A stretch of DNA of 56,022 bases, counting the filler, from Sphacelaria rigidula (Eukaryota), in NCBI GenBank assembly GCA_964200075.2. It is 4 parts of 4 records of this genome, joined end to end, with 100 filler letters (N's around TTAATTAATTAA, not from the genome) between each part and the next. Parts side by side here need not be neighbours in the genome. Positions count along the whole stretch, not along the records: positions 14,033 to 27,962 come from CAXNAA020002577.1; positions 28,063 to 41,992 come from CAXNAA020002578.1; positions 42,093 to 56,022 come from CAXNAA020002579.1; 1 more part is not named here. The stretch is one strand, 5' to 3'. This document shows positions 22,944-48,090 of this stretch, in pieces; positions within the stretch are counted from its first letter, which is position 1; each line of letters begins with the position of its first letter. The notes below the pieces were generated by a model. The model saw nothing but the letters and a program-made list of their open reading frames with translations, made no database searches and was not told where the DNA came from. The position numbers were made by a program, and so were the translations under genes.

Positions 22944-24965
22944 GAGATATCCACTTGGGATGTCAAGTTCATCCGGGGTAGTCATTTGGGGTATCCATCT
23001 GGGGTATCGATTCAAGATATGGATGTCCGATCTGGCATATGGATGTCCATCAGAGAGATGGACATATACCTGGGATTTCCATATCCCGGACGGGTGCCCC
23101 AGGTGGACTGCTATTTCAGAAATTCATCCCAGATGAGTGGATACTGTCCTGACGAAATTCACTCGCTGATGCAAAAACAGTAGTGCTCACCCCACCTTCT
23201 CTCTCCGGCGGGTAACCGTACTCATACTGCATGCAGAGAGACTCTGAGTGTTCGGCAGGCTTTCTCCATCGCATCCAATTGCTGTGCAGTGAAAAAATGC
23301 TTGACGCCGATCTCTCGAGATAAAAACATGCTACACGGGGATAACGAATCAATAGAAGCATGTAGACAACTGCGTCTTCTGCACCACCTTATGGTGCCTC
23401 TGCCCGCTCCTGCTGCCCCCTTGTCGGGAAGCACTTTGCTTTTGCCAGCCTGTGGACGAAAATCCTGCTGGCAGTCCACATGCCCCTGTCGCCGGCTGTT
23501 TCTCGCGGCCTCTCGCCACGGCGGAGGAAACATGGCAAAACGATTAGTATTGGGGGTCTGATAAACCACCGTTCAACAACGTTGCTAGGGCAGAGTTCAT
23601 GCAAACACGGCAGCATATCATGCGGTCATCCTTCAAACGCATCAACCTAGAAGTTTGTGATCGAAATTCAAAATTCTGAAGGAGTTGGAGTCTCGCCGCA
23701 CACTTTTGCTCGAAAAGGATACTGTACTCATGACTCATGCCCTCAGCCGGAAAGCCGAGGTATGGGGAGGCGCGAAATGCTTCGCACCTAGCTATATGAG
23801 GTCTAACTTTACCCCCGATATTATCGTCAGGACTTCCACTGCGAATGAGGAGAAGCACTTATGATGATATGACGGAATCTTCGATAGTGATGAAATGTAA
23901 TAAGGGATTACGAATATAGTTCTCGACTCTTTGAACCGACCACGATCTCGCCGCAATTTCCACCTCAATCGATACCAAGCCCCTGCTCTGGTTCGCCGGA
24001 GCAAGGCATGACAGTGCACCGAGTTTTGCACCGGTGATCATACCGACAAGTGACAGCTAGAGGGAAGAGGCGTAGGCACGCGCAAGAAATCTACACTGTC
24101 ACGTTGTAAACGCATGGAAAATTCATTCGGGATGTGGATTGTGGTATACCGCACGCAGCTCCTCGTGTTTGGAACCGAAGTGCAAACGTTTTTCCGACGG
24201 CGTAAATGTGTCCACAGTCAAGTCAGCACCTTCTCTGGCAATTTAGACGCTGCCATGGTGGCGTGGCCGGACTCCAAGAAAAACGTGTGCTAAGGTGGAA
24301 CGTATGGCTACTACGGAGACTTTTGGAACGGGTTTCCTAGGCAGGACGGTCAATCACCCACGCGCCCGAGACCCTGCTGTCACACAGCACTCGTGGGAGA
24401 ACAGTCCAAGACGAACACCAGGTGCGAATTCAGCCTTTATGAAGCGCCTCATGTGCGCGACTTTGGTGAAAACGACCCCAAGCGTGAGAGTTCCCAACTG
24501 CTCGATGTGCTTGGCTTGTCATTTCGGTTCGCATGTATATTTTTCCTTCCTCAATCCAGCCACCTTTCTTGGGGGGAGGGGGGGCGCTATTGCAGCACCA
24601 CTCGTGCATAATAGCGTTGGATATCAGTGACTACCGAGGAAAACTTCAATTCGGGTGTGACCGTTTTGTGCCGATGGCATGGAAACGTCCAACTTGCCGC
24701 CAGAAAAACCTGCAAGAGAGTTGGGAGGGGTTGATGGCGGTGTGAGGTGGCGGTTCAAGGGGACTAGAGGATAGTAATCATTCAGCAGCAGCACGGTGAC
24801 ATCCTGAGGGGGAATTTGCCAACCTCATCCCCCCCCGCCGCCCCCCGCCGCCCCCCGCCGAGTCTCGGACATGACAAAATACGTGTTTTTGTGTGACACA
24901 GCTCCGACTGCAGTAAAGAAACGAACACCCCAGCTCTGTACTCGAGTGGTGCACATGTCCATGAA

Positions 24966-25062
24966 CCCTTAGACCGCGAGGCTAGTCTTCTGTTGAATCG
25001 GCATCAATTTCAAGTGAAAAAAGAATGCATGGTCCAGAAATACTAATATCGCGGTCTAAGGG
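24966..25062. mobile_element. 97-bp piggyBac-like miniature element
   Basis: Perfect 14-bp TIR CCCTTAGACCGCGA. Flanks TGAA and TAAA are each one change from TTAA. Confidence 0.55.
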
Positions 25063-25151
25063 TAAAGCAAGCGCTGATTCCACCAACTGAGCTAGTGGCA
25101 TTGCTGGGCACTGTTATACTAAGTTTGCTGATACTACGGCCGTACCGTGCT

Positions 25152-25290
25152 GGGGTATGAGCCTCAGCAATATTGGTCATCCGTCCGAAGATTCTCACCT
25201 CACCCAAGACCAAGAGTGTACAGGCTAGTCTTCTTATGGGGTATGAGCCTCGGCAATATTGGTCATCCGTTCGAAGATCTTCACCTCGAT
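25152..25290. repeat. Short direct duplication (~55 bp repeated at ~87-bp spacing)
   Basis: ggggtatgagcctc.gcaatattggtcatccgt.cgaagat occurs twice. Confidence 0.7.
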
Positions 25291-25879
25291 TCCGTAGCCC
25301 GTGTTGCTCAGTTTTGTGTCCCTTGCGTTATTTACTGTCTTGCTCCAATCTTTGCACTAAATTCAAGCATTTCCAATACTGCACTAGTAATCTATCCAAT
25401 AGTCATGACTCGCACTTGAGCTAGATGTCATTTTCCCACCGGTGGTACAAGATACAACCAAGAAGTTGGCTGGTACCGCACTGGACTCAAGTGCTTGGCC
25501 ACCACACCCACTGCCAACCCCACCCCTATATCTTCCTGAATCGAATTCCGACACTCCGAGTTTTCATATTCCTTGTTGAGATCTCATTGTGCCCCCTTGG
25601 CAGCACCCCTCTCCTTGCTTCTTGTAGGTTAAATGTCGTAGCAACAAACTACCGTACATTTGGCCTGTAAGCATAGACACAGAGACACCAAACTACTGTG
25701 TGGTCTGTGTGTGCACTGTACTGTTTGCAAGGATACAGTGTGCCATGTTTCACTGCGCGGTAGAATGATACGCGCGTCCAACTCGTACACTACTGTACTG
25801 CAATACCAGAAGCCCGTGCAAAATCTTCCCCGCCATGACTCGGTAAGGTGATATTAAGACATGATGCCGGGTGAAAATA

Positions 25880-26290
25880 TCGGAACTTCTCACGGGACGG
25901 GAATATCACGGGATAATCGTCGGGAGGAGACGGGATAGCTGGTCCCGTCCCGACACATCACCAAATTCCCCATCACGTTTCCTCATTTGTTCAATCGACA
26001 AGAAATGAACCCGCCCCGCCCGGATATTTTTCCAGTGGACGGGAAACACACCCGTCCCGTCCCGCCGTATTTTTAGGGCCGGACTTCCTGTCCCGTCCCC
26101 TTCCAACCTGACATTCTTCATTTATTCAAGCGACGGGGAAAGTACCCCGTCCCGTCCCGAGGCTGTTTTCGTCTTTCCCGTCCTGTCCCACTCTCACGGG
26201 ATGCCCTCAACCTTTTCCCGTTTCATGCCACGGGGCGTCCCGTCCCGTACGTACGGGACACACGGTGAACGGGATAGTATTTCCCGTCGT
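25880..26290. repeat. MITE-like element built from GGGAC/GTCCC motifs; related copies at ~27000-27200 and ~34455-34670
   Basis: Dense cccgtcccgt / acgggacggg motifs in both orientations. Confidence 0.6.
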
Positions 26291-27821
26291 ATCTCAGGGG
26301 GACATGGTTGAGTACAGTACAGCAGCCAGCACAACTGTAGTGTCAGCAAGCTGTCAGGGTGTCCCCAGTTGCCCTACTGACCTTGAGCTGTACGGTGGGC
26401 AACACTGTACTAAAACACCACTAGGCTGTCGAAGTACCGTCGTCAGTTGCTGTGCTGGCCCCGACCCGTTACCGGGGAAGTGTGCATGCCAACATGTTTT
26501 GCTTGGTGACAAGCTGAGAGATGTCATGTGCAACCCGAATCTGTGCCAATGTTCGCCAAACGTTCATTCAAACACCAAATACCCGGTTGGACCTTTCAGT
26601 TTGCATACGAGCTCAAGTACTGTATTACACAGTGCTTGCATCAACCATCCTGAACATGAGGATTTCACGCCGAATGTCGCGAGAGACGTCTGATGAAATT
26701 AACAAGCCCAGCCACCAGCCAGCATTGTCTCGCATGGTGATATAGTGTTGACACATTCGGTACTTGGTACTATTTTATCTTATTAGCTATCAGAAGCGCT
26801 TATTCTTGTTTTCCTTCGATCGAATCTTTGCTATAACCGCACCAACTTTATGTCAAGTGCGTTTTTGGTTGCTTTGTTCTCCGAAGAATGAATGCCAATA
26901 AGTTCTCACGGAACTTCTGCTTTCGAAACGGTTGGTTTGGGGTGTTGATACACGTTGTGTAGCAAGGAATGAATGGGGTACCACGGGGTGTGCTTTGTAT
27001 TTTCCCGTGAGAGCAGGATGGGACGGGAAGGGATGTCGCGGAACAAGGCGTATTTATTCCATGAGAACAGGCCATCCCGTCCCGAAGAAATTCCCGAAAA
27101 CAAATGTCTCCTCCGGACATTGTTTCGGGCACCGTAAAAAATCCCCGTCCGGTCCCGTCCCATCCGTCGTCTTCCCATATCATTTCCTCCCCGGTAACGG
27201 GCCCTCCCGTCGCGCCTTGTTGTCCTGTGAATAGCCCTAGGCAACTACAATCCACGCACCGAATAACTGTCGTCTGTACTGTACTGTTCGCACGGCATTG
27301 CTTGCAAATTTCAGTGTCACAAATGGAGTATATTGAAGCACTCGCACGCCCCGCTCGCTCTGCGTAGCGTACACTACTGCGCTGCCCCCGTGCCAAATCC
27401 TCCCCTCCACCACCCGCCATGGTGACAGCAAGAGTACATGTTGTGTTGGTAGATACGCTAATATCGCTCCACGGATGATAGCTGTGTGTCGACCAAGATT
27501 TGCTTGGGTGCCCTTTTTTCTTTCCTGCGGTGAAGGTCTCACAGCCTCGTTGGGGGTCTCTCAGACATTTCAGGGCACAGGGCGCACCTATTCGCAGCGG
27601 AGGCGATGAAATCTGCGGCGATCTCATGCTTCGCTTCTTACACTCTTGTTAACGTGGGGCTATGAGGTACACAGTATGGTCTACGGCGATAAGCAAGTCG
27701 ACGTGACGAGAACATTCAGAGCTGTTGACACTTCGATACCTCTGTTGATTCAGAATATAGTGCCCCCGCGAAGCTCTGATAACAACGTTGGCCAAGCGCG
27801 AACGATCTCGCCGAAATGGGG

Positions 27822-27962
27822 AAAAGCGTCCTCATTCGTTGCGTGCCTCAGTTATTTTACCATTGACCACTCATTCTGTTCGAGACGGGGCCTCGCCGAA
27901 TGGGGGGGGGGGCGGGCGAGGGCGTATTCATGATCATGCATGCCATCATGGTGAGACCAGGA
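27822..27962 (-). mobile_element. LINE 3' tails, family A (with ~14-bp TSD) and family B
   Basis: The A copy is flanked by ctcgccgaa(a)tgggg at 27807-27821 and 27892-27905. The B tail (gtattcatgatcatgcatgcc) lies at ~27920-27960. Confidence 0.65.
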
Positions 27963-28062
27963 NNNNNNNNNNNNNNNNNNNNNNNNNNNNNNNNNNNNNN
28001 NNNNNNTTAATTAATTAANNNNNNNNNNNNNNNNNNNNNNNNNNNNNNNNNNNNNNNNNNNN
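27963..28062. other. Artificial contig linker
   Basis: N44-TTAATTAATTAA-N44. Confidence 0.98.
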
Positions 28063-28119
28063 GAAAAAAAATGTGGGGTAGGGGGGGTGGGGGGGGGGGG
28101 GGTGGGGGGGGGGGGAATT

Positions 28120-28189
28120 GGTCGTGTTGGGATTCGAACTCATGACCTGTGTAAATGGAGGCTCCTGTATCTGTTGGACCACCGGGGAG
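28120..28189 (-). mobile_element. tRNA-derived SINE head
   Basis: Minus strand reads ccccGGTGGTCCAA...GTTCGAATCC (A- and B-box-like) followed by a long C-run. No complete cloverleaf. Confidence 0.5.
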
Positions 28190-28469
28190 TAGCGTGTCAC
28201 ACAATACGTTCCACGCTGGGCCCAACTCTGCGAATTTTCAGTCGAACAATTACCAGGATCTTCTGCGCGCAAGTACAAAATTCGTGACGGCGGATGCCGC
28301 CCCTTTTTTTTCATTACGGAGTTACGACATTCTTCCAGTTTTTGCTGAAACTTCAAATCGCTTCAACTCAACTTTTTTTTAATATTCTCTTGGCATTCCC
28401 TGAGATACTGCGCGTGTTGATGAAAATGTGTCGAAATTTCAGCGCCAGCTCGTACAAAGTGACAGCATG

Positions 28470-28470
<1 letters not shown>

Positions 28471-28512
<42 letters not shown>
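28471..28512. repeat. (CA)n microsatellite
   Basis: Read directly from the sequence. Confidence 0.95.
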
Positions 28513-28515
<3 letters not shown>

Positions 28516-28531
28516 AAAACTATATCCTCAC

Positions 28532-40577
<12,046 letters not shown>

Positions 40578-41571
40578 CTGAACAAGGCACAGACATCAGT
40601 ACCAACTTGATTCCTCAGGCTTCCGATGCCACAGTTTCTTCACCGGCAGGGAATCATATCCTCCTCAGAAAAAAGTATACGTGAATATATATTTATATAT
40701 ATATATGTATCACCCAACAATCGAATAAACGTCCTTCAGACTTAGATGGTTCCAGTTGATACAAATGGACCACCTCAAAGCGGCAAAATAGCTGGAGCAC
40801 CGTTTGTTTGTTTTTTTGCTAGCCTGTGACCACGGGAGGCGTCCGCATCAGATGCCAAGTACGAATGTACCGGGCAGATATCGGAACGGTTTTGAATGTG
40901 AAGACAACAACAACAACCGGAACTCACATGCGAAGAACGACTGTTTTGACTGAGCGCTATCCATGAGTCAGAGGAGCCAGGCGACCACGACATACACGGA
41001 AGGTTGATACTGAATGAAAGGTTGATATCGGTTGGGGGGATGGTTCTCGCAAAAACAATGTATAAGCTAAGAGCTACTCACAGAGCAAAATATCGGGAAA
41101 ACTCGAGTTAAACGTCAGGCGCGGCGATACATCGTTCCAAAATAAAACTCGGCACCTCGAGGGGGGTTGAGGAAGCACTTCGGGGGTCTCAAAAAATGAA
41201 ACTCGTGGCGTGGCAATCCACGCGTTGCTATTCTTGCCCAAGGGCACAACCTTAATGCAACGTACATACTGAGACCCCCACGGTGTGTGTGTTGCCTGCC
41301 ATTCCATCTACTCTGGGTCATAAGTTCCGGTGCCTTCGGTGACTAATCGGGCTGCTGGAGGCAGGGCCTAGGGCCCACTCAACACGCGACGCCAAACAGG
41401 AATGGAGTCAATCTCCGGAATCAGAATCATCAACCATAGCGATAAGAACCGCAGGGTTCTATTATTGTACCTTTAGAGGGACAGCCATGTCTACGAATAT
41501 ACTAGGCATCACATGAACAACACTACATAAAAACACACTACCTTCAGGGTGCGAGGAAAATCCCAAATCGT

Positions 41572-41647
41572 GTGACTTTACCGAGATTCGAACCCACGAC
41601 CCAACCTTTAGCAGGTTTCGAGATCACCAACTGGGCCACCGGGGCGA
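41572..41647 (-). mobile_element. tRNA-derived SINE head
   Basis: Minus strand reads tcgccccGGTGGCCCAGTTGG...gtgGGTTCGAATCtcgg, the same layout as 28120-28189. Confidence 0.6.
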
Positions 41648-41992
41648 TCGGCCGTCTAAAAATTGGATCCTTGGGTGCAAGTTATAAGCTGCTTTGAAAT
41701 AGGATCTCTGTCGAATGACTGATTTGAAAGTGCATGCACACGCACCAGCATTTGGCTCTCTCATCTTCGCCCCGACACTAGCAACAAGAGAGAGCGATGT
41801 GCCCATATTTGCTCAAGACAGAAAGATAACCTCCCAGCAGACGGTACGGTACGCTTCTAGGGCAAGAGTCAAAGATTCGTCTCAGCAAAACATATCTAGC
41901 AAAAAAGCAGTGAAAAAATGTAAAGTCTTATGCACAGGCCTTCAAGAAGACCGGATGCCAAAGCGCCGAAGCCATCGTCCGACAACGACGAC

Positions 41993-42092
41993 NNNNNNNN
42001 NNNNNNNNNNNNNNNNNNNNNNNNNNNNNNNNNNNNTTAATTAATTAANNNNNNNNNNNNNNNNNNNNNNNNNNNNNNNNNNNNNNNNNNNN
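41993..42092. other. Artificial contig linker
   Basis: N44-TTAATTAATTAA-N44. Confidence 0.98.
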
Positions 42093-43437
42093 TCAACTTT
42101 TTTTCTCCCTTTTAGGCTATCAGGCCGAAGAAATCGTGGAATTTGGTGATTCGTAGTCGTGATGATTCATCCTAACCGTGAAACTAAATAGGAGACATGG
42201 GAACCTAAGGGCTACATTGTTTACGGTGCTGCGTGACGTTTTCCGCGGGCGAAGCGAGGGCAGGTGGGCTATACCGACGAAATTATCGACTCATGCACAC
42301 ATGGTGACAACAGCCTGGTGGCATCGCGTCGGGTTTGAAAGTCGCTCGTGCGGCTGTCGCCGATCTTGCGACGGAGGTGTACATGTTTTGGTTGGCAAAA
42401 TCGAAGCTGAGTCAACCTCGAGTACAGGACCTGGCCTATCGCACTGTAGCAGGCACGGGCGAAGCAAGTGCAGGACAGGACTTGTTTCAAGCTTTCACCA
42501 GTACAAATGTTATTGTTCTCCACACATTAAGTCCGTGCCCCGTCCATTTGAGATTGCACAGCGGGATCCATGTTTACGTTGGGTATGTCTATGTTGTGAC
42601 CACGGCTGGACCCCTGGGGGGGTCAGCTAACGTGCGAGAATCAACCGAATAATCAATCGATCACCCGTATCGGAGAAGGTGAGAATAAACAGCAGTAGTC
42701 GCAGCCTACGAGTTGAGAGTAGGAAAGCGGAGCTTGGCCTGCTGACTACGAACAGGAAGAATATCTACAGTTCGGATGCGGACTGTTACGCGGCATACAC
42801 AAAGATATCTTGAACAGATTATACCTGTACTGTAGCCTCTGCCGAACGATCAAGACAAGAGGACTTTTAACCAGGGCCTCCTCTAGTATCACTGGCCTCG
42901 TGCTCGACGAGCCCTTTCTTCTAACCTGTTTTATCTCGGAGTGATCCTCAACATATCACGCGCAAGACAGCAAGGGGCCACACAGAAAGGGGCCGCCAAT
43001 CCAGGATTCCCTGTCCCCTGCCACTTCTCCAATCATGCATGCGATGATACTGAAACCTTATCGCTTGGTATCATTTGGCTACAGTACGTATGAAGCGTGT
43101 CGAGGTTTGTATTCGAGTGACCGGCTACACCAATCAATGTTTGCATCGTTGTGTTGTTTTTTGGTCCTTGATACGACCGTGTCTGCTGTTCCTTCAGAGG
43201 ACGTGATGAGGAATCACGAAATAAGGGTACCCGAAGAAGCGCCGTGACATCTGATGATACTGTGCGCTATACTTCCTTGCTCACGGTGAACTCTTTGACC
43301 GCCGGGGTGGATCTTGCGCTTCATCAGGCATCCATTATATTTTTTAAATGAGTGTGAGATTCGAGTGACCCGCCAAGGCGATCAAAGGGATAAGAGGACA
43401 TTGGGTGCAACTCCAGTGATTTTTTGTTGGAAATATC

Positions 43438-43869
43438 CAGGGACGGATACGTGACACACGTGACACATTTGAAAAAAACTGTAAAAAACGGAACTTTGGG
43501 CCATTGAACGCTTCGTAAGGTTTGATTTTTTGGGCGAGACAAATGCAACGTAACATGATGTGACATGTGGACCTTGAAGCAGTGTCTCTTGGTGTTTTCC
43601 AGATGTAAAAAAAAACTGTTTGTGTGAATTTTTTAACGTGACACGTGACACGTTACACGTTACATATTCACGAAAACAAGCAGAGTTTTCGTCACATTTA
43701 GGAAGTAAAACGCAATGTTAGAGTTCATGCGAAGGTCCACACGTTACATCACGTTACGTTACATATGTCCCATCCAAACAATTGAATCTTACCTAGCGTT
43801 AAATGATCTAAAATTACGTGTTTTCGAATGTGTCACGTTAAAACGCCACGTGTCACGTATCCCTCCCTG
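43438..43869. mobile_element. hAT-type MITE, 432 bp, with CACGTG/GTGACAC subterminal repeats
   Basis: TIR CAGGGA(C/G)GGATACGTGACAC. TSD gaaatatc (43430-43437) / gaaatatt (43870-43877). Confidence 0.85.
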
Positions 43870-45966
43870 GAAATATTGGCTCGTGTTGTGTGGAACTGTC
43901 CTCGAGACCGACCGACTACCGTCGCGCAGACAGTAGTATATGGGAGAGGTTGCCCCGTGGGTGTTGTTAGACCACTTGCTTCTGCAGCAGTATATTAAAA
44001 AAAAATGACTTCTGGGGGCTCTTCACTTGGCCAAAACAAAATCAAACGGACTCTTTTGCATGCAGAGGGCTCAGGAAAGGAAGGGGAGTGATTGCGTGGG
44101 CGGTAGAGGTGACCGAATCCAAGGACACTCCATCCTGGAACGATGAATAAGATCCCCAAACGTACGTGAGACTAAATCGTATCCTCAATTCAACACTGCT
44201 GACGTATCAGTCTTGCCAGCTTGCAGACTAGATCTACTGCAAGCTGCGTGACCTAGCTACCTTGATACAGTATACTCCTGTATAACAAACCATGGCGGCA
44301 CACTTCTTACTGCAGTATCCCACGTGCGCATGTGGCTACATGTGGACATATATATATATCTACATCAAAGATGCAAATGAAACGGCACTACATGACTCAT
44401 AGTTTTGTTGAACCGCTATAAGTTGTACCGCTATCTGCCATATAACCGAAACCTAGAACACGGAAAACACGAAAATACAGTCAGATCATAAGCTGTGTGT
44501 AATTTTCCCAATTGGTTTTAGGCTGGAGTGGTGCCACTATAGGGGTATACGACACCTTTCTCAGGCTCCTCACTTTAGTAGTCCGTCAGCCTGTCAATGA
44601 GAAACATTTAGGCCCAAGTGTGTTACCTCAGACAACTTTTGGGCTAAAGCATGCACCGCTGCCGTGGCACAACTCGGTGAATCACATCATTTTAGTTTGT
44701 GGCTGACAAGCCAATTTCGACGCTCGGTATCTTCGCTTCCGTGTGGATCTTTAAGGTGTTCGTTCGATGTTTTGCAGTTTTTCGGGTGGAACGACCACCC
44801 CCAAGCGTCGCTATTTGAAGAAAAAATACGTGTGTCGCTAAACCCACAAAATCATGGTTGATGAGTAAGTGTTTGAACAAAACCCCAAAAGTACGCCCAA
44901 CCGTCGCCACCCGACCCAAGTCATACCAAGTACCCTAGGCAAAGTATGCAGAGCACATGCTGTATACGGTGGTGAACAACGAGACTGTCACCCCCCTCCC
45001 CCCCCCCCCGAAGATCCGAATGTACAGTGCTGAGTACGCTGTCGGGCACGTGTTACTGTCAGCTGCCTGCGGATCTCACAGTCAACATCCCAGCTAAAAC
45101 CAAGTACTTTCGAACAACGAAATATTGAAGACGGGTCAAGTTACAATCTGATGCGGGATTTAGGTTTTTCGATGAGAAAAACATTCAGTGCCGGAGGGTT
45201 AGGCGGCACACAGTCACTCTTAGGTTTCGTGTGAACCTCTTCTGAAGTTCAAAACCACGGAGCAGCCCGCCAACGGATGGCTGGGGAGAACACCACACCT
45301 CTAAAAAAGAAGAGGATTTGTCAATGCCAGAAATTGGCACGGCTGAAAACATCGCGGCGTTTCAGCTGCACGGAATTCAACACAGAGTAAACGGAAGGTG
45401 AAACCATTTATAGATTGAATGAAAAGTGTCCATCACATATATGACGAATCTGTACCGAATTATAAAAGACCTGCGACGAAAAATGGGAGAGGAAGCGGCC
45501 GCTGATATTTCGTCTGAATCGTTGAAGTATGTTTTGGCAAAAAAAAAAAAACAGACGGGGTGAACCTCCTGAAAAACCCGTGTACTAGGTATGAGTTTGG
45601 CGTCTTGAAGCGGAGGAAAAAAAACACTTCGGAGTGATTCTATGGTGAGACTGCACTTTTGAGTCAAAAAGTTTCCTGAAGCTGCACGATAAGGCCCAGA
45701 TGTTTGTCGTCGAGAGGCTCCTAGAGTGCAGAGCCTCAGAAAAAGCAGTACACCCCAACCGTGGAACCACTCTTCACACACAGGTTTTGCATGTTACGTT
45801 ATGAAAAGGATCACGGTTCGGACGAATCATCGCCGGTTCGTATCACCACATTCACTTCATATTTCAGGTCTGATTGCTCCAAAGAGATAAAAAAGTTGAC
45901 CGCTGGTCGAAAGGATCTCCACGCAATTTTTGCGCCATTGCACGTGCCTGCGCTGCGCGTGCCTGA

Positions 45967-46155
45967 GGGCGTGTCTTAGCACGTTAGTTTTCCATCAAAA
46001 AAGTTCGGTGGAAAACAAAAATCCTCATCTGATAGGTCGTAATTTCAACCATCATCGAAAATTTTGAAGATGGTTGAAATCACGGCCTATCAGATCAGGA
46101 TTTTTGTTTTCCACCGAACTTTTTCGATCAAAAATTGATGTGCTAAGACACGATC
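45967..46155. mobile_element. PIF/Harbinger-like foldback MITE
   Basis: Full-length palindrome cgtgtcttagcac...gtgctaagacacg with TGA on both sides. Confidence 0.8.
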
Positions 46156-46448
46156 TGAGAATTTCAACGCTGAAAACAAAGCCGAAGGATTGATATATGC
46201 TGTACGACTCGATTACACTAAAACCAAGTACTTTCCAGACGAATCATTAATTCGTCCGGCCCTTGAAAAGGATGAAAAAGAGACAAGTTTTGGAATAAAC
46301 GTTTGCCCTACGCTGCACTGTAGTGTTAATGCTGTTTTCTGTTATCATCAAACGATACGCAGGAGCGACGAGAAACGGCCTCTATCCTATATACTAAGCG
46401 TCAATTTCTGTCACCTTCTCATGATTTAAAAAAAAAAAACGTCAAAAG

Positions 46449-48010
46449 AAACGGCTGGGTGGAGGAGAGGGAGATGATGCCGGTGCAGACGAGAGCGAAG
46501 AAGAAGACTCGGACGAAGAAGAATATGATTTTGACGACGACGAGGAGGAAGAAGTGGACGACAGCTGCCCGCCCGGATGCGACATCAGCCTCTACGAGAG
46601 CGTTCTCGGACTCCGCGAACGGCGCTTGGACCAGGAGGAAATTCTCGCGGAGGTTCAGAAGACTGCGGAAGAGCTTAAACGAAATCTGGACAGGCAGGTA
46701 CGGAATCATGAGTCCTCGCAGGAAGCAGTAGCTGTTGGTATGCTGTAGAGCCCATACGAACTTCCTCAGAGAACCAACGTTCTCTGAGCCGTGTGTGCAG
46801 CTAGATTAGGCAACAGCATAGGCATACTCAAAAGGCAAGTGCGTCGCCCCGGAAGAGTTAATTAACCCTTTGGGAACCGTTGATGGAAAAAGGAAGATTT
46901 ACATTTGACGCTCTCACAGGGCAAGATATGGTCGTATTTCTTCAACTGTTGATGATTGATGCAACCCACACAAAAAGTGCCCCAACTCTCGGCCAAAGTA
47001 TACTAATGTGACAGATTCGTGCACCGAACTCCAAGTGATGTTTCCCGGTGGCGAAAGCTCACATATGAGTGTTTATACTGTTTTCGCGAGTTCCAAAAGG
47101 GTTATGAAGCAGGGACATTGAAGTCTTTGAGAACGTTTTCCAATCGACGTGAGACACACCTGCTGTCGCGCGCACTTCGAGGAATGATACGCATCGCCGC
47201 CGTGCCCCCGTAGTCTAAATTAGAATATAAAAGAAGATACAACTGACACCAGTTAAGGCGAAAAGGATGCAGTTTCGATTCCCGGCGGACACATGTAGGT
47301 TTCGCATATTTTTGGCCATACTCGTATAACTCACTCTAACACCCAGCGTTGAAATCAGGTTAATGTTCGCGAGAAACGTCAAGGTGTTCGAAGGGTCAAA
47401 AGGCTGTGAGGTTTGTTCGCTCGGGAGGCTCTAATGCCGATTCGCTGTCACAGGAGATATCATGTGACCGCGACTGGTTCCCGGGGGGTCAGTTGAAGTG
47501 CGACAATCCATCAATCAATCGATCGATCTCTCAGGAAAGTGGGTGCTCTGCAGGGGCTAGCGTCCAGTGCTATCGGGCGTGCCGGGGTAACCCATGCGTG
47601 CTGGCCGTGATTTTGATTGATTGATTGTCGTACTTTAACTGACCCTCAGGGGTCCAGCCGTGGTCTCATGATAGAGGTACTCAAGAAAAACGAAACTGAA
47701 GACGCTCTGAAGAAAAGAAGGAACAGGAAAAAAAACAGGTTGAACAGAACGACATCGCAGACCAAGTCGTGACAAAAACAAGTAAGAAAAAAGTGAACAC
47801 AAGAAAAGCACAAAAAGAAATGGCCGACCTAAAAAAAAAGAGAGAGAGAGAGAGAAAAGAGGAGGAAAGTCAAGAGCAAATAAAAAAAAATACAATGAAA
47901 CGATGAAAAAAAAGGAAAAGATTTAAGGGATTCAGGGCAGCAGAGTAGATACAGATTGCCATGCATACTACAACCGAGATGTATTCTAGTGCACTCGTGC
48001 TCGGTGTGCA

Positions 48011-48090
<80 letters not shown>

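Noticed and set aside
23240..23300. Homeodomain-like FTAQQLDAME
   Set aside because: No helix-3 WFxNxR motif was found downstream, and the match is too short.
25340..25650. LINE APE endonuclease remnant (LQEARR, GVGLAV on the minus strand)
   Set aside because: Only two short motifs in different frames, not enough to list as a feature.
28360..28448. Terminal kinase exon (LALKFRHIF...)
   Set aside because: Needs an atypical GAG acceptor and only loosely resembles the KA1 end. Left unassigned.
41572..41647. tRNA gene (also 28120-28189 and 36731-36808)
   Set aside because: A/B boxes are present but there is no consistent acceptor or anticodon stem. Treated as SINE heads.
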